The notes: generated by a model from the sequence alone, not told the origin. A stretch of DNA of 64,000 nucleotides from an uncultured Leptospirales bacterium (GCA_964450405.1 CAYVCQ010000010.1:69610-133609); one strand, 5' to 3'. Positions 1 to 9,858 are shown, counted from the stretch's first letter. Program-made: numbers and translations.

Positions 1-1
1 A

Positions 2-760
2 AGAACTGTTAAATTATATGTTTATCGCGACTCAAAAGATAATTATCTTAACCCTACAAAGGGATATAGAATAGGGTTTACCTCTGCTTTTACAGGTGGT
101 GCTATAATGAGAGGGGATGACCATTTTACACAGCACTCACCGGAGTTTTATCTGTATTTTTCACCATTCCATATCCCGTTTCTTAAAACACATCCGACAG
201 TTTTTGAATTTAGAGCCAGTGCTGATTTTATCACTCCGCCGCTTGGAAGTAATTGGACCAAAAATAATAAACCTTTCAAGAAAAACGAATGGCTGGAAGC
301 TGAGGACAGATTGGATATAGGCGGACCTGAAACTGTAAGGGGGTGGGATTATAGTGATTCTACAATGCCTGCTTCATGGAGATATGTAGGTCTTTATCAT
401 CGAATTCTATACGGTGGTGAATATCGTATACCTCTGCATCCTCAGATGCTCTGGCTGGTTCTTTTCTTCGATGCAGGCTCCTTGTGGTCTGATAAGTATT
501 GGGAAGAACAGTTAAGTGATACAAACAAGGTTTATGTTGATAAAGATATTGCATCGGGTAAATTAAGAAGAATAGATGAAATAACAAAAGGTAATCTTCT
601 TCCGTATTTTATTTATTCATATGGTTTCGGTTTTAAAGTGCAGGTTCCGATGATGCCTCTTAGATTCTGGTTTGCTAAGAAAATGATTTATGAAGATGGT
701 TTTAAAACTATCAGTAAAGACTATAAGTTCCAATTCTCCATAGGAGATGTAAGATTCTGA
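2..760 (+). CDS. bamA: Outer membrane protein assembly factor BamA, C-terminal beta-barrel portion (5' end outside window)
   Basis: The reading frame is open from the window start with no stop before 760. The translation has Omp85/BamA C-terminal barrel motifs (NPTKGYRIGFTSAFTGGA, RGWDY, FFDAGSLW) and ends in an aromatic residue (F). The downstream gene is skp, the usual bamA-skp arrangement. Confidence 0.75.
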   Translation, partial: RTVKLYVYRDSKDNYLNPTKGYRIGFTSAFTGGAIMRGDDHFTQHSPEFYLYFSPFHIPFLKTHPTVFEFRASADFITPPLGSNWTKNNKPFKKNEWLEAEDRLDIGGPETVRGWDYSDSTMPASWRYVGLYHRILYGGEYRIPLHPQMLWLVLFFDAGSLWSDKYWEEQLSDTNKVYVDKDIASGKLRRIDEITKGNLLPYFIYSYGFGFKVQVPMMPLRFWFAKKMIYEDGFKTISKDYKFQFSIGDVRF

Positions 761-1233
761 TGAGATTTTTCCCGATGACAGTTATTATTGTTTTCTTTTT
801 GACTGTCTTCTCATGTACAACCGGTAAAAATAATACTTCCGGTGATTATGTTATAAAATACATAAATATGAACTCAATTTATGAATATGTCTTTAATAAC
901 AGTAATGAGGCTCAGGATATAAAAAGAAAAATTGATTCAATGAATAAAAAAATAGATGAGCTTGATAATTCCGGCGTAAACATATCAAAAACAGAACTTG
1001 TTTATTATAAAGGTGAAACCGCGAAATTGAAGGAACAGGAAAATAAGCTTAAGTCAGAGTTTTATGCCAGGATAAAAACCGCAGTAAATAATATTGCAGT
1101 AAAATATAATGCGGATTTCATCCTTAATTCAGGCGATGGTGTGGTCTATTCAAGACCGGCATATGATCTTACAAATGAAGTGATCAAAGATTTGAAAAGT
1201 ATTAACGAAAGAACATCTCCTGTTTATAAATAG
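760..1233 (+). CDS. skp: OmpH/Skp family periplasmic chaperone
   Basis: 157 aa with a signal peptide and a coiled-coil middle. The C-terminal segment (KYNADFILNSGDGVVYSRPAYDLTNEVIKDL) matches the Skp consensus. Its start overlaps the bamA stop (ATGA), the canonical bamA-skp context. Confidence 0.6.
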   Translation: MRFFPMTVIIVFFLTVFSCTTGKNNTSGDYVIKYINMNSIYEYVFNNSNEAQDIKRKIDSMNKKIDELDNSGVNISKTELVYYKGETAKLKEQENKLKSEFYARIKTAVNNIAVKYNADFILNSGDGVVYSRPAYDLTNEVIKDLKSINERTSPVYK

Positions 1234-1332
1234 CAGTCCTGCTGCAAGGGACTTTTTATTGTACAGCTTACCGTAACTCCGCAGGATCTGCCCGGTTGTC
1301 ACTATAGCAGCTAACGCTTGAATTAGTTGTTT

Positions 1333-1492
1333 GTCATTCCGGCTGGAGCGATAGCGGAATGCCGGAATCGCACAGTTGATGCATTATAAATTAGATTCCG
1401 GTATTTGGCCAGCATTAATGTAACATCGTGTTACTTGCAGGCAGGCAAACATCCTGTTTGCTCCAAAATTGAAGCCGCAAAACCGGAATGAC
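1333..1492. mobile_element. MITE-like non-autonomous element, copy 1 (160 bp) with perfect 10-bp terminal inverted repeats GTCATTCCGG / CCGGAATGAC
   Basis: Seen directly in the sequence. The element is intergenic between skp and the L,D-transpeptidase gene. It shares its termini and internal blocks (GAATGCCGGAATC, AGATTCCGGTATTTG, AATTGAAGC-GCAAAACCGGAATGAC) with the copy at 29262-29364. It carries no ORF. Confidence 0.6.
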
Positions 1493-1597
1493 AGAAAATG
1501 GTCTAATCAATTCGTAAACTGCTGTATTTAATTCATTAAGTTCTATGGAATAAAGTTTTTTAGCACAGTTCAACGGTCTAATAATGGTAAAGGTGTT

Positions 1598-2266
1598 ATG
1601 AAAAAAATATATTTAATACTATTTGTGATTTTAATGATAAATTCATGCGGTGATTCCAAAAAGGAATCATTGAAGAAGGTTTTCTCCACTCATAGGGGCG
1701 GATATGCTCTGGTGATTATCAAGAAACAATTCAGGCTGGAAGTATATAATTCGAGTCTGGAAAAAGTTGCTTCATATAAAATAGGCTTTGCTCATAATCC
1801 CGATATGAAGCCGAAACTCTATGAGAATGATAATAGAACTCCCGAGGGAGTTTATGAGATAAATGAGATTCTAAGTATGGATGCAGGAAAAGAATCTGAA
1901 TCTTATAGAAAACTGCTGAATATGAATAAGGTATTTTTCAAAAAATCAAAGGGTTATCATCGATTTGGTCATCCGGAATTTGATCTTGGAGATAATGCCT
2001 ATGGTCCCAGATACTTTGGGTTAAACTATCCGAATGAGGAAGACAAACAGCATTACAAAGATGCTCTTGCTAAGGGTGAGATACCTTCAGTTAATGGCAA
2101 ATTTGCAGACATAGGTTATGGTATAGCCATACATGGGAATAATGATGAGGATTCAATAGGGAATCTCTGTTCCAGCGGATGTATTAGAATGTTCAATAGA
2201 GATGTTGTAGATCTTGAGAAATATATAATGCTATCTTCGCCGGTTATTATTTTACATGATAAGTAA
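1598..2266 (+). CDS. L,D-transpeptidase (YkuD domain) lipoprotein
   Basis: Lipoprotein-like signal peptide (MINSCG). Catalytic YkuD signature (TPEGVYEI ... IAIHG ... SSGCIRM) with the conserved His and Cys. Confidence 0.7.
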   Translation: MKKIYLILFVILMINSCGDSKKESLKKVFSTHRGGYALVIIKKQFRLEVYNSSLEKVASYKIGFAHNPDMKPKLYENDNRTPEGVYEINEILSMDAGKESESYRKLLNMNKVFFKKSKGYHRFGHPEFDLGDNAYGPRYFGLNYPNEEDKQHYKDALAKGEIPSVNGKFADIGYGIAIHGNNDEDSIGNLCSSGCIRMFNRDVVDLEKYIMLSSPVIILHDK

Positions 2267-2426
2267 TGATTTATTATTATCCTTAATGTTGTCATAAAAG
2301 TGATTAATCTCTTAAATTCCTGAATAAGCCCTGTTATTCTGCATTTATAATAGGTCAAAATTAATAAGTTGACATAACCGCCTTGTTATTGAGTATTGAA
2401 AATACTCAAAGAATTTATTTTATAGG

Positions 2427-2720
2427 ATGTGTAATATGTTTGGATCAGCTTCCGCACAGGGACAATCAAGTTGGATGAGTTTTGTTCCGATTGTGCTTAT
2501 GATTGTTATTTTTTATTTCCTTCTGATCAGACCTCAGCAGAAAAAAGAAAAACAGCGTCTGGCAATGATTAATAATTTAAAAAACGGTGATAAAGTCATT
2601 ACTGCAAGCGGCATGTATGGTGTTGTAACCGGAATTAAAGATGACATTATAACAGTTAAAGTAGCATCTAACACTAATATCGAATTTGCAAAAAGTGCAA
2701 TCCAGGCAAAAATTTCCTGA
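2427..2720 (+). CDS. yajC: Preprotein translocase subunit YajC
   Basis: Single TM helix followed by the YajC consensus (IVLMIVIFYFLLIRPQQKKEKQ ... GDKVITASGMYGVVTGIKDD). It sits directly upstream of secD-secF. The true start may be an internal Met (2436 or later). Confidence 0.85.
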   Translation: MCNMFGSASAQGQSSWMSFVPIVLMIVIFYFLLIRPQQKKEKQRLAMINNLKNGDKVITASGMYGVVTGIKDDIITVKVASNTNIEFAKSAIQAKIS

Positions 2721-2743
2721 AGAACAGGTGTGAAGAATAAATT

Positions 2744-3364
2744 ATGAAATTGTTAAAAGTATTAACAATCGTTTTGTTTTCACTAACTCTCTGTTTTTCT
2801 GCTTTATCAGCGCAGGAAAACAGTACAGCAGATACTGTAGTGGATCAGAATACCGGTTCCGGTACCGTGATAGAAAAAACAGTTCCGGTTGAGAAAACTG
2901 AAACTGTTAAAGTCATACCGGAAACAACTAATACAAAAAAAACTTCGACTAATGAAAAGAAAAGTGAAAGCCGGAAAAACACAGTCAAAAAAAACGTAGA
3001 AAAAAAAGCTGCACCGGTAGCTGTTGAAGTTAAAGAAGAGAAAACTAATCAGGTGAAAATGGAAGGAGATCTTCTTCCTATAAATGAGGGTAATTTTAAA
3101 TATAAAAGAATCCCCGATATTAAACTGATAGATATAAAACCTGAAGCTGCTGAATCTAACACTCAGGTTGCAGAAGTGCCGAAATCCGCACCGAACACAT
3201 CGGGCGGGTTTTTAGGATTAAGTAAAACAGCTTCGGACGTAATTGTCAAGGGTGGAGCTCTTCTTCTTATACTCTTGATTTTTGTTTTATACAAATCAAG
3301 AATGTCCCGTCCGGGCAGTAAGATTTCAAAAAAAAGAAATGTTTTGAATAGTTACAGGAAATAA
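2744..3364 (+). CDS. Hypothetical secreted, Lys/Thr/Glu-rich low-complexity protein with a C-terminal TM anchor
   Basis: N-terminal signal peptide, a long K/E/T/V-rich low-complexity region, and a C-terminal hydrophobic helix (GGALLLILLIFVLY) with a basic tail. No recognisable catalytic motif. Confidence 0.45.
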   Translation: MKLLKVLTIVLFSLTLCFSALSAQENSTADTVVDQNTGSGTVIEKTVPVEKTETVKVIPETTNTKKTSTNEKKSESRKNTVKKNVEKKAAPVAVEVKEEKTNQVKMEGDLLPINEGNFKYKRIPDIKLIDIKPEAAESNTQVAEVPKSAPNTSGGFLGLSKTASDVIVKGGALLLILLIFVLYKSRMSRPGSKISKKRNVLNSYRK

Positions 3365-3383
3365 TATTTCATAGAGGATTTAA

Positions 3384-5039
3384 ATGACTAAAGGAATGGT
3401 ATATAAGAGTATTTTTATATTACTGCTGATTACGTTAGCTGTACTCCTTATTCTTCCAACTGTGGGAACAAAGAAGATGGAGATCAGGCTGAATAACTCA
3501 GCAACACTGCAGGATATTGAAATTGTTAAAAAACGTTTTGAATCCAGTAGTTATAAAATTGAAATGAATGATAAAATAATTACAGTTTCAGGGACAAATA
3601 TAACTGATGCTATAATGAATGAAATGAAAATTTATCCTGGCGTTGCGGATGTGAAACTTCTGAAACATTGGGTAGAGTCTGCATTTCTTGCAAAAAAAAT
3701 TAACCTGGGTCTGGATCTGCAGGGTGGTATGTATCTTGTTCTTCAAGCTGATTTTGATAGTATCAAGGCAAAACTCGGGAGAGAACTTACTGAAAAAGAT
3801 AAAAATGAGATTACTCAGCAGGCTCTTGAACTTTTAAGGAACAGGATTGATAAATTCGGAGTTGCTGAGCCGTCTATAAGACCAAGAGGTAATGATGCGA
3901 TTGAAATACAGCTTCCCGGTGTAAAAGATCCGGCTGGTGTGAAAAAAGCATTTGGTGAAACCGGAAGTCTGGAATATAGACTGGTTGATGATAAATATAC
4001 AGCATCGGCATCAGCATGGTTTGCCCAGCATTACAAGGATAAACCTCTCCCCGAAACTTATGAAGAATTGCAGGTAATACTAACCGAAATTTCAAAAAGT
4101 ATAGTACTTCCTGAAAATCTTGAAACTTTATTCTTCTATAATCGTAATAAAAATACAGGATTAGTAGTACCAGAGTATCCTATCGTTCTGAATAAGACCA
4201 TTGCATTAAACGGAACAGATATCCAGGAAGCAACTGTTGACAAAGACGAATATGGCCAGGTAGTTGTTTCTTTTAAAACAACTGCTGATGGAGCTGTAAA
4301 ATTTGCAGATGCTACTTCGGATAAAAATCATGGAAAGAAACTTGCCATTGTTCTTGATAATAAAGTCAGAAATGCTCCGAACATTAAAGAGACAATCGGA
4401 TCAGGAAGCGGTAATATAAGCGGCGGATTTTCTTATGAAGAAGCTCAAACTCTATCGAGGATTATTAAAGAAGGAGCTCTTCCTGTAAGATTGAAAATAG
4501 TAGAAGAGAGAACTGTCGGGCCATCTCTCGGACAGGATTCTATCGAATCAGGTGCAAAGGCATTTATGATCGGTATAATAGGAATCATGCTCTTCTGTAT
4601 TGCTTATTACAAAATGGGAGGAGTATTTGCAGTTTTCGGCTTAATATTGAATATGATTTTCATAGTTGCTGTTCTTTCTCTACTTGGTTTTACGCTGACA
4701 GTTCCAGGTATAGCAGGTTTTCTTCTTTCAATAGCGATGGCAACAGATGCGAATGTAATTATATATGAAAGAATAAAAGAGGAGCTGCGGAAAGGAAAAT
4801 CAATAAGAATTGCCATTGAAAATGGTTTTGACCGTGCTTTCTGGACTGTTTTCGATTCAAATCTCACTGTTCTGCTTGCCGCATTTATAATGTTTCAGTA
4901 TGGCACAGGACCGGTTAAAGGGTTTGCAGTAATGCTTTTTATTGGAAACATCGTAAGTATGTTTGTATCGCTTTATCTTACACGATTTGTTTACGAACTG
5001 TTGTCTCTCAATAAAAAAATGAAGAAATTGAGTATATAA
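3384..5039 (+). CDS. secD: Protein translocase subunit SecD
   Basis: 551 aa. N-terminal TM helix, a large periplasmic domain, and a C-terminal 6-TM SecD/SecF core (LGLDLQGGMYLVLQ, conserved C-terminal TM bundle). It is followed by secF. Confidence 0.9.
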   Translation: MTKGMVYKSIFILLLITLAVLLILPTVGTKKMEIRLNNSATLQDIEIVKKRFESSSYKIEMNDKIITVSGTNITDAIMNEMKIYPGVADVKLLKHWVESAFLAKKINLGLDLQGGMYLVLQADFDSIKAKLGRELTEKDKNEITQQALELLRNRIDKFGVAEPSIRPRGNDAIEIQLPGVKDPAGVKKAFGETGSLEYRLVDDKYTASASAWFAQHYKDKPLPETYEELQVILTEISKSIVLPENLETLFFYNRNKNTGLVVPEYPIVLNKTIALNGTDIQEATVDKDEYGQVVVSFKTTADGAVKFADATSDKNHGKKLAIVLDNKVRNAPNIKETIGSGSGNISGGFSYEEAQTLSRIIKEGALPVRLKIVEERTVGPSLGQDSIESGAKAFMIGIIGIMLFCIAYYKMGGVFAVFGLILNMIFIVAVLSLLGFTLTVPGIAGFLLSIAMATDANVIIYERIKEELRKGKSIRIAIENGFDRAFWTVFDSNLTVLLAAFIMFQYGTGPVKGFAVMLFIGNIVSMFVSLYLTRFVYELLSLNKKMKKLSI

Positions 5040-5049
5040 GGAGAGAATT

Positions 5050-5958
5050 TTGAAAAAGACTATCAATTTTCTTAAGTATCAATATATAGCTATCGGAGCT
5101 TCCTGGCTTTTTATTATAGGACTGACAGCAGGTACTATTCTCAGCGGCGGTTTTAATTATGGAATAGACTTTGTCGGTGGTTATAAAATAATTGCAAAGT
5201 TTCAGGACAGCTCAGTGTCTGAGCATGTAATCAGAAAAGTGTTAGATGATTTTAATCCTACAGTACAAAAAATAGGTGAGGAATCAAAAAACCAGTATAT
5301 TATAACAACAAAGCTGGAAGATACTGCCGTAGCCTCGGTGAAAGGTTCTGCAGATCAGACTTCAGTTTCAAAATATGAAATAATGAAAAAGACTTTAAAT
5401 GAAAAATTTCCCGGTATTTCAATTATGAGTGAAGAAACTGTAGGTCCATCAATCGGAGATTATCTCAGAAAGTCAGCATGGAAACTGACTCTCATGGCCG
5501 TTATTATGATGTCGATTTATCTTTCTTTCAGATTTGAGGTAAAGTATGCCTTTGGTGGAATGGTCTGTTTATTTCATGACATGGCTATGACAGTTGCTTT
5601 TTGCGGTATCATGGGTATTGAAATAAACATAACAGTACTTGCAGCGTTACTAACCTTGTATGGTTACTCGATAAACGACACTATAGTTATTTTTGACAGG
5701 ATAAGGGAGACCGATAAACTTCGCGCAAAAACAACTTTTAAAGATGTGATAAATAAAGCCATTACAGAAACCCTCTCAAGAACACTTATTACAGGTGTTA
5801 CAACACTGTTTTCTGTACTTGTTCTCTATCTTATCGGAGGAGAGGCTTTGCATGATTTTGCTTTTGTGCTTCTATTTGGTATAATTTTAGGAACTTATTC
5901 ATCGATATATATTGCGTCTCCCGCAGTACTCTGGTGGGAAAAGTGGAGAGCTAAATAG
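5050..5958 (+). CDS. secF: Protein translocase subunit SecF
   Basis: 302 aa with the SecF pattern (GIDFVGG, 6 TM core, DTIVIFDRIRE). Apparent TTG start 11 nt after the secD stop. A ribosome-binding site (AAGGAGAGA) lies upstream. Confidence 0.88.
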   Translation: MKKTINFLKYQYIAIGASWLFIIGLTAGTILSGGFNYGIDFVGGYKIIAKFQDSSVSEHVIRKVLDDFNPTVQKIGEESKNQYIITTKLEDTAVASVKGSADQTSVSKYEIMKKTLNEKFPGISIMSEETVGPSIGDYLRKSAWKLTLMAVIMMSIYLSFRFEVKYAFGGMVCLFHDMAMTVAFCGIMGIEINITVLAALLTLYGYSINDTIVIFDRIRETDKLRAKTTFKDVINKAITETLSRTLITGVTTLFSVLVLYLIGGEALHDFAFVLLFGIILGTYSSIYIASPAVLWWEKWRAK

Positions 5959-6011
5959 TAAAATAAATTTCCGGTTTATTTTAATCAAAAACCGGATAAC
6001 AGATTAGTTAA

Positions 6012-6884
6012 TTGAAAAATTTAAAAGTATTTTTTTTTATAATCTTTGTAATCCTGAATACAATGGTGTCTGCTAAAGAAGAGACGCCATTGTATGACGA
6101 TTTTACACCGGATAAAATTTCAACCTTCGCATGTTCACTTATTGAAAAAGGTGAGTATTACAGGGCTTATGTAGAACTTCTCCGTCTTAATTCATATTAC
6201 CCGTCATCTCTTAGTGTTTCAGTTTTTGATATTACCTCCAATTATCTATTTTATAAAAGTAAAAGATTTGATGATCTGCTGGAATTTGATTCTTCCGGAA
6301 TTGCTGATAATATTTTTATACCTGTCTCACTGTTTAGAATAGACAGTCTCTTTAAATTAAATAGAAGAGATGAAGCTGAATCTGAATTGGATGTACTAAA
6401 CAAACGAGCGGACTCAGAAAGTTATCACGAATATTTAAAGAAAAGATCTGCATACATTAAAATTCTAAAAAATGAAAAAAATGAATTTTCAGGTTATGAT
6501 GAACTTTTTGAATATTCTGAAAATATTTACGGAAGTAAAAAGAATCCATATCTCGGAGCATTGGCAGGAGTAATTCCAGGAATGGGATTTATCTATGCCG
6601 GGGAGACTGGTACCGGTATTGTTGCACTGATTTTAATCAGTGCCGGTTCAGCGATCACATATTCATCATACAGAGATGGCTGGGATTCTTTGGCAATAAT
6701 TTCAGGGACAATAACATTTTTTTTCTATGGCGGGAGTATTCTTGGAGGATACATGCAGACAACAAGATACAACGATAGTCTCATGAAAACTCTGGAAATG
6801 AAACTTAATAGAGAGTTAATGCCTGAAAAAGATCTTGAAGAGATTTATATTAAATTCGGGTTAAATTCAAATGATTGTAAATGA
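6012..6884 (+). CDS. Hypothetical membrane protein (signal peptide, helical periplasmic part, C-terminal Gly-rich TM pair)
   Basis: Apparent TTG start. Signal peptide, and a C-terminal hydrophobic region (GALAGVIPGMGFIYAGETGTGIVALILISAGS). Its 3' end overlaps the ribD start by 14 nt. Confidence 0.4.
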   Translation: MKNLKVFFFIIFVILNTMVSAKEETPLYDDFTPDKISTFACSLIEKGEYYRAYVELLRLNSYYPSSLSVSVFDITSNYLFYKSKRFDDLLEFDSSGIADNIFIPVSLFRIDSLFKLNRRDEAESELDVLNKRADSESYHEYLKKRSAYIKILKNEKNEFSGYDELFEYSENIYGSKKNPYLGALAGVIPGMGFIYAGETGTGIVALILISAGSAITYSSYRDGWDSLAIISGTITFFFYGGSILGGYMQTTRYNDSLMKTLEMKLNRELMPEKDLEEIYIKFGLNSNDCK

Positions 6885-8097
6885 TCTATACATGAAACGG
6901 GCGTGTGAAATCGCTTTTTCGAGAATAGGAAAAACTTCTCCTAATCCTGCTGTTGGTGCAGTCATCGTAAAGGGCGGAGTTATAATCGGAGAGGGGGGCA
7001 CTGGTATATATGGAAGTGACCATGCTGAGGTAACTGCAATAAAGGATGCCCGAAACAGGGGAAATGATACTAATGGTGCGGAGATCTATGTGTCGCTTGA
7101 GCCGTGCAGTCATTTTGGCAAAACTCCTCCATGTACTGATGCGATTATTAATTGTGGAATAAGCAAGGTATATATACCGATTCTTGATCCAAATCCTGTT
7201 GTCTCAGGGAGTGGTGTAAGGAAGCTTATAGAGGCAGGAATAGAAGTTAAGATAATGCACAATTATTTTCATGAAGCTTCTGACCTGATTAGAAGTTTTA
7301 AAAAATATATACTGCGAGGTCTGCCATTTGTTATTAACAAATGCGCAGTTACTTTAGATGGCAGAATAGCTGCAAATTCAGGTGATTCTAAATGGATTTC
7401 GAATGAATATACCAGGTTATTTGTTCATAAGCTAAGATCAAAGGTTGATGCAGTCATTGTCGGGAGCAATACACTGATTAAGGATAATCCGATGCTCAAT
7501 GTCCGGATTAACGATTTCGGAAACGATATAAGAACCGTTTTAAAAGAGAGCAGCAGCCGGATCAGCGGCAGAGATAATTTTTTTCTTGCAGAATTATTAA
7601 AAACAGAGATAACTGATTACAAAGATCCTTTAAGAGTTCTCGTAGGATTGCCGCAGGAAATTTCAGGTGGATGCAGTTTTTTGCGTGATGATAATTATAT
7701 AATCATTTCAAGTGAAGAAGAGTTTAACACAGCACTGCGGGTAAATAAGGATTTTAACAGTTTATCTGATAAATTGAATATTGTTAAAGGACATTTCACC
7801 TCGCACGAAGAGAGTATACATTTCGCATTGGATATTCTTAAAGGGAAAGGGGTAATGACAGCTCTTCTCGAAGGCGGAGGTACCTTGAATGGTTCATTTT
7901 TAGATGCAGGTGCTATAGATCAGTTTATGTATGTTATTGCTCCAAAAGTGCTGGGAAGCGGTCTTTCTCCAATCAGAGGGAGAGAAAGTGAAAAGATGTC
8001 AGATTCACTTGATCTTAGAGATGTATCAACGGTTATGATTGGAGACAACCTGCTGTTTAACGGCTACAAAGAAGAATATAATTTCGAGATGATGTGA
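6871..8097 (+). CDS. ribD: Bifunctional riboflavin biosynthesis protein RibD (pyrimidine deaminase / reductase)
   Basis: Cytidine/dCMP deaminase zinc motif (HAEVTAI ... SLEPCSHFGKTPPC). RibD C-terminal reductase motif (VTLDGRIAANSGDSKWIS). It is followed by the riboflavin synthase gene. Confidence 0.85.
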   Translation: MIVNDLYMKRACEIAFSRIGKTSPNPAVGAVIVKGGVIIGEGGTGIYGSDHAEVTAIKDARNRGNDTNGAEIYVSLEPCSHFGKTPPCTDAIINCGISKVYIPILDPNPVVSGSGVRKLIEAGIEVKIMHNYFHEASDLIRSFKKYILRGLPFVINKCAVTLDGRIAANSGDSKWISNEYTRLFVHKLRSKVDAVIVGSNTLIKDNPMLNVRINDFGNDIRTVLKESSSRISGRDNFFLAELLKTEITDYKDPLRVLVGLPQEISGGCSFLRDDNYIIISSEEEFNTALRVNKDFNSLSDKLNIVKGHFTSHEESIHFALDILKGKGVMTALLEGGGTLNGSFLDAGAIDQFMYVIAPKVLGSGLSPIRGRESEKMSDSLDLRDVSTVMIGDNLLFNGYKEEYNFEMM

Positions 8098-8104
8098 GGC
8101 TGCT

Positions 8105-8764
8105 GTGTTTACAGGTTTAATAGAAGAAACAGGTTCAGTTCTGAGTATAAGAAATTCCGGTGAAGGTAAGATTCTGGAAATTGCTGCGGATAAAGTTTTA
8201 AAAGAAACTGCAATAGGGGATTCAATTTCAATTAATGGAGCATGTCAGACTGTGACTGATATCTCCCCGAAAAGTTTTTCTGTTTTTGTTTCCAGAGTTA
8301 CACTTGATATTACAACTCTGGGGGACTTTAATCCCGGAAGAATTGTAAATCTGGAAAGGGCTCTGACTCTTAGTTCAAGACTTGGCGGACATATTGTCCA
8401 GGGTCATGTCGATTTGCGCGGCAAGGTAAAGAATATTAAAAAGGACAACAGGGGTGTAGAGATAGATGTTGTTTTAAGCGGCGATTATATGAAATATATA
8501 GTTGAAAAAGGTTCGATAACAGTTGATGGGATTTCATTGACTGTGGTTTCTACCAGCGGGAATGATTTTAAATTATATCTTATTCCGGAAACAATTGAGA
8601 ATACTATTATTAAAACCTGGAAACCTGGCACTGAGGTTAATATTGAGACGGATATTCTCGCAAGATATGTTGAACAGATGCTTAAGCATGGGAAAAACAA
8701 TCAAAATGATGAGAGTAACGATATTCAACTTATGAGTAAGCTTATGGAAAATGGTTTTGCCTAG
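8105..8764 (+). CDS. ribE: Riboflavin synthase alpha chain
   Basis: N-terminal MFTGLIEETG and an internally duplicated lumazine-binding fold. About 219 aa, as expected for this family. Confidence 0.85.
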   Translation: MFTGLIEETGSVLSIRNSGEGKILEIAADKVLKETAIGDSISINGACQTVTDISPKSFSVFVSRVTLDITTLGDFNPGRIVNLERALTLSSRLGGHIVQGHVDLRGKVKNIKKDNRGVEIDVVLSGDYMKYIVEKGSITVDGISLTVVSTSGNDFKLYLIPETIENTIIKTWKPGTEVNIETDILARYVEQMLKHGKNNQNDESNDIQLMSKLMENGFA

Positions 8765-8771
8765 TGCTTAA

Positions 8772-9857
8772 TCACGAAAGATTGAAAATCTTTTTTAGAT
8801 TAATAGATCCGGTTTTAAGAGGAAGTTCAATTTTTTTCCTTCCAATATGTGATGAATAATACACTGCATGAATAATTTCGAGGGCCTTGTAACCGTCAAT
8901 AATACCGGATATCTCCTGTACTTCTTTACCTTTAAGCATTGACGATGCTGATTTATATAATTCTGTAAAACAGTTCTTTTGTTTTACCATGGGGAATTTT
9001 GTTTCGTTTATATCATTAAAGCCGGTATATAGAACAGATTTCTTTTTTAAAAAGAGTTTATTGCAGCCGTTACCTATTACAATTTTACCCTCTGTTCCCC
9101 ATATTTCCAGTTCAAACTGAAAATATTTTCTTCCTCCGCCGGCTTCGAGAAAAATATTAATTCCCCCTTCACTTTGAAGCCACGCTGATGCAGCATCCTC
9201 GAACCCTGAACTTCTGTTAAATCTTGTAAACTCCCCCTGAACTGTAACTATCTCTCCAAAGAAAAATCGTATTATATCTACAAGATGAGTACCGTCATGA
9301 AGTAGTGGTCCGCCTCCCTCTTCGATATGAGATTTCCCCCTGTACGAACCGGTAAGTATCCGTGCATTTACAGATTTAATTTCGCCGATTACTCCGTCAT
9401 TAATCATCTCTCTTACTTTATTGTATCTGCCGTCAAACCGTCTTTCATGATTTACAATGATCCGGCATCCGGTTTTATCTGCCTCTGTGATAATTTGTTT
9501 TATAAGAGGGAGAGACGATGATGCAGGTTTTTCAAGGATAAGAATTTTAGCTCCGTTTTTAATTGATTCCAGCGCAATTTCCGCATGAGTATCTGTCCAT
9601 GTCGTGATTATAGCCATCTGCGGTTTTTTGTTTCTCAGCAGTTTTTTGTAATCTGTAAACAGCGATTCGCCTGGAATGCCGGAGGTTTTACCGAATTCAT
9701 TCAGTCTGTCAATATTGAGGTCGCAGGCTGAGGTAATCTTCATGCCAATGGATGAAGCTCCACCGAAGTGAGTGCAGGGTTTATTCCGCAATCTGTCATT
9801 CTCCAGAAGAAAACCTATCCTTCCGCATCCGATAAGTGATATTTCAGTATGAGACAT
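8772..9857 (-). CDS. Gfo/Idh/MocA family NAD(P)-dependent oxidoreductase
   Basis: N-terminal Rossmann motif (ISLIGCGRIGF), the family EKP motif (ILILEKPAS), and a C-terminal alpha/beta domain. Confidence 0.7.
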   Translation of the reverse strand: MSHTEISLIGCGRIGFLLENDRLRNKPCTHFGGASSIGMKITSACDLNIDRLNEFGKTSGIPGESLFTDYKKLLRNKKPQMAIITTWTDTHAEIALESIKNGAKILILEKPASSSLPLIKQIITEADKTGCRIIVNHERRFDGRYNKVREMINDGVIGEIKSVNARILTGSYRGKSHIEEGGGPLLHDGTHLVDIIRFFFGEIVTVQGEFTRFNRSSGFEDAASAWLQSEGGINIFLEAGGGRKYFQFELEIWGTEGKIVIGNGCNKLFLKKKSVLYTGFNDINETKFPMVKQKNCFTELYKSASSMLKGKEVQEISGIIDGYKALEIIHAVYYSSHIGRKKIELPLKTGSINLKKIFNLS

Positions 9858-9858
9858 G

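Noticed and set aside
117-587. Small ORFs 117-320 (+) and 360-587 (-) from the six-frame track
   Set aside because: They lie entirely inside, or antisense to, the well-supported bamA 3' coding region. No motifs, and typical shadow ORFs.
3874-5066. Antisense ORFs 3874-4095, 4607-4867 and 4857-5066 (-)
   Set aside because: They are embedded antisense within secD/secF, which have strong family signatures. Shadow ORFs.
6000-6880. FMN riboswitch (RFN element) upstream of ribD
   Set aside because: ribD overlaps the 3' end of the upstream CDS, and there is no free leader. The region upstream of 6012 is only ~50 bp and lacks the conserved RFN stems.
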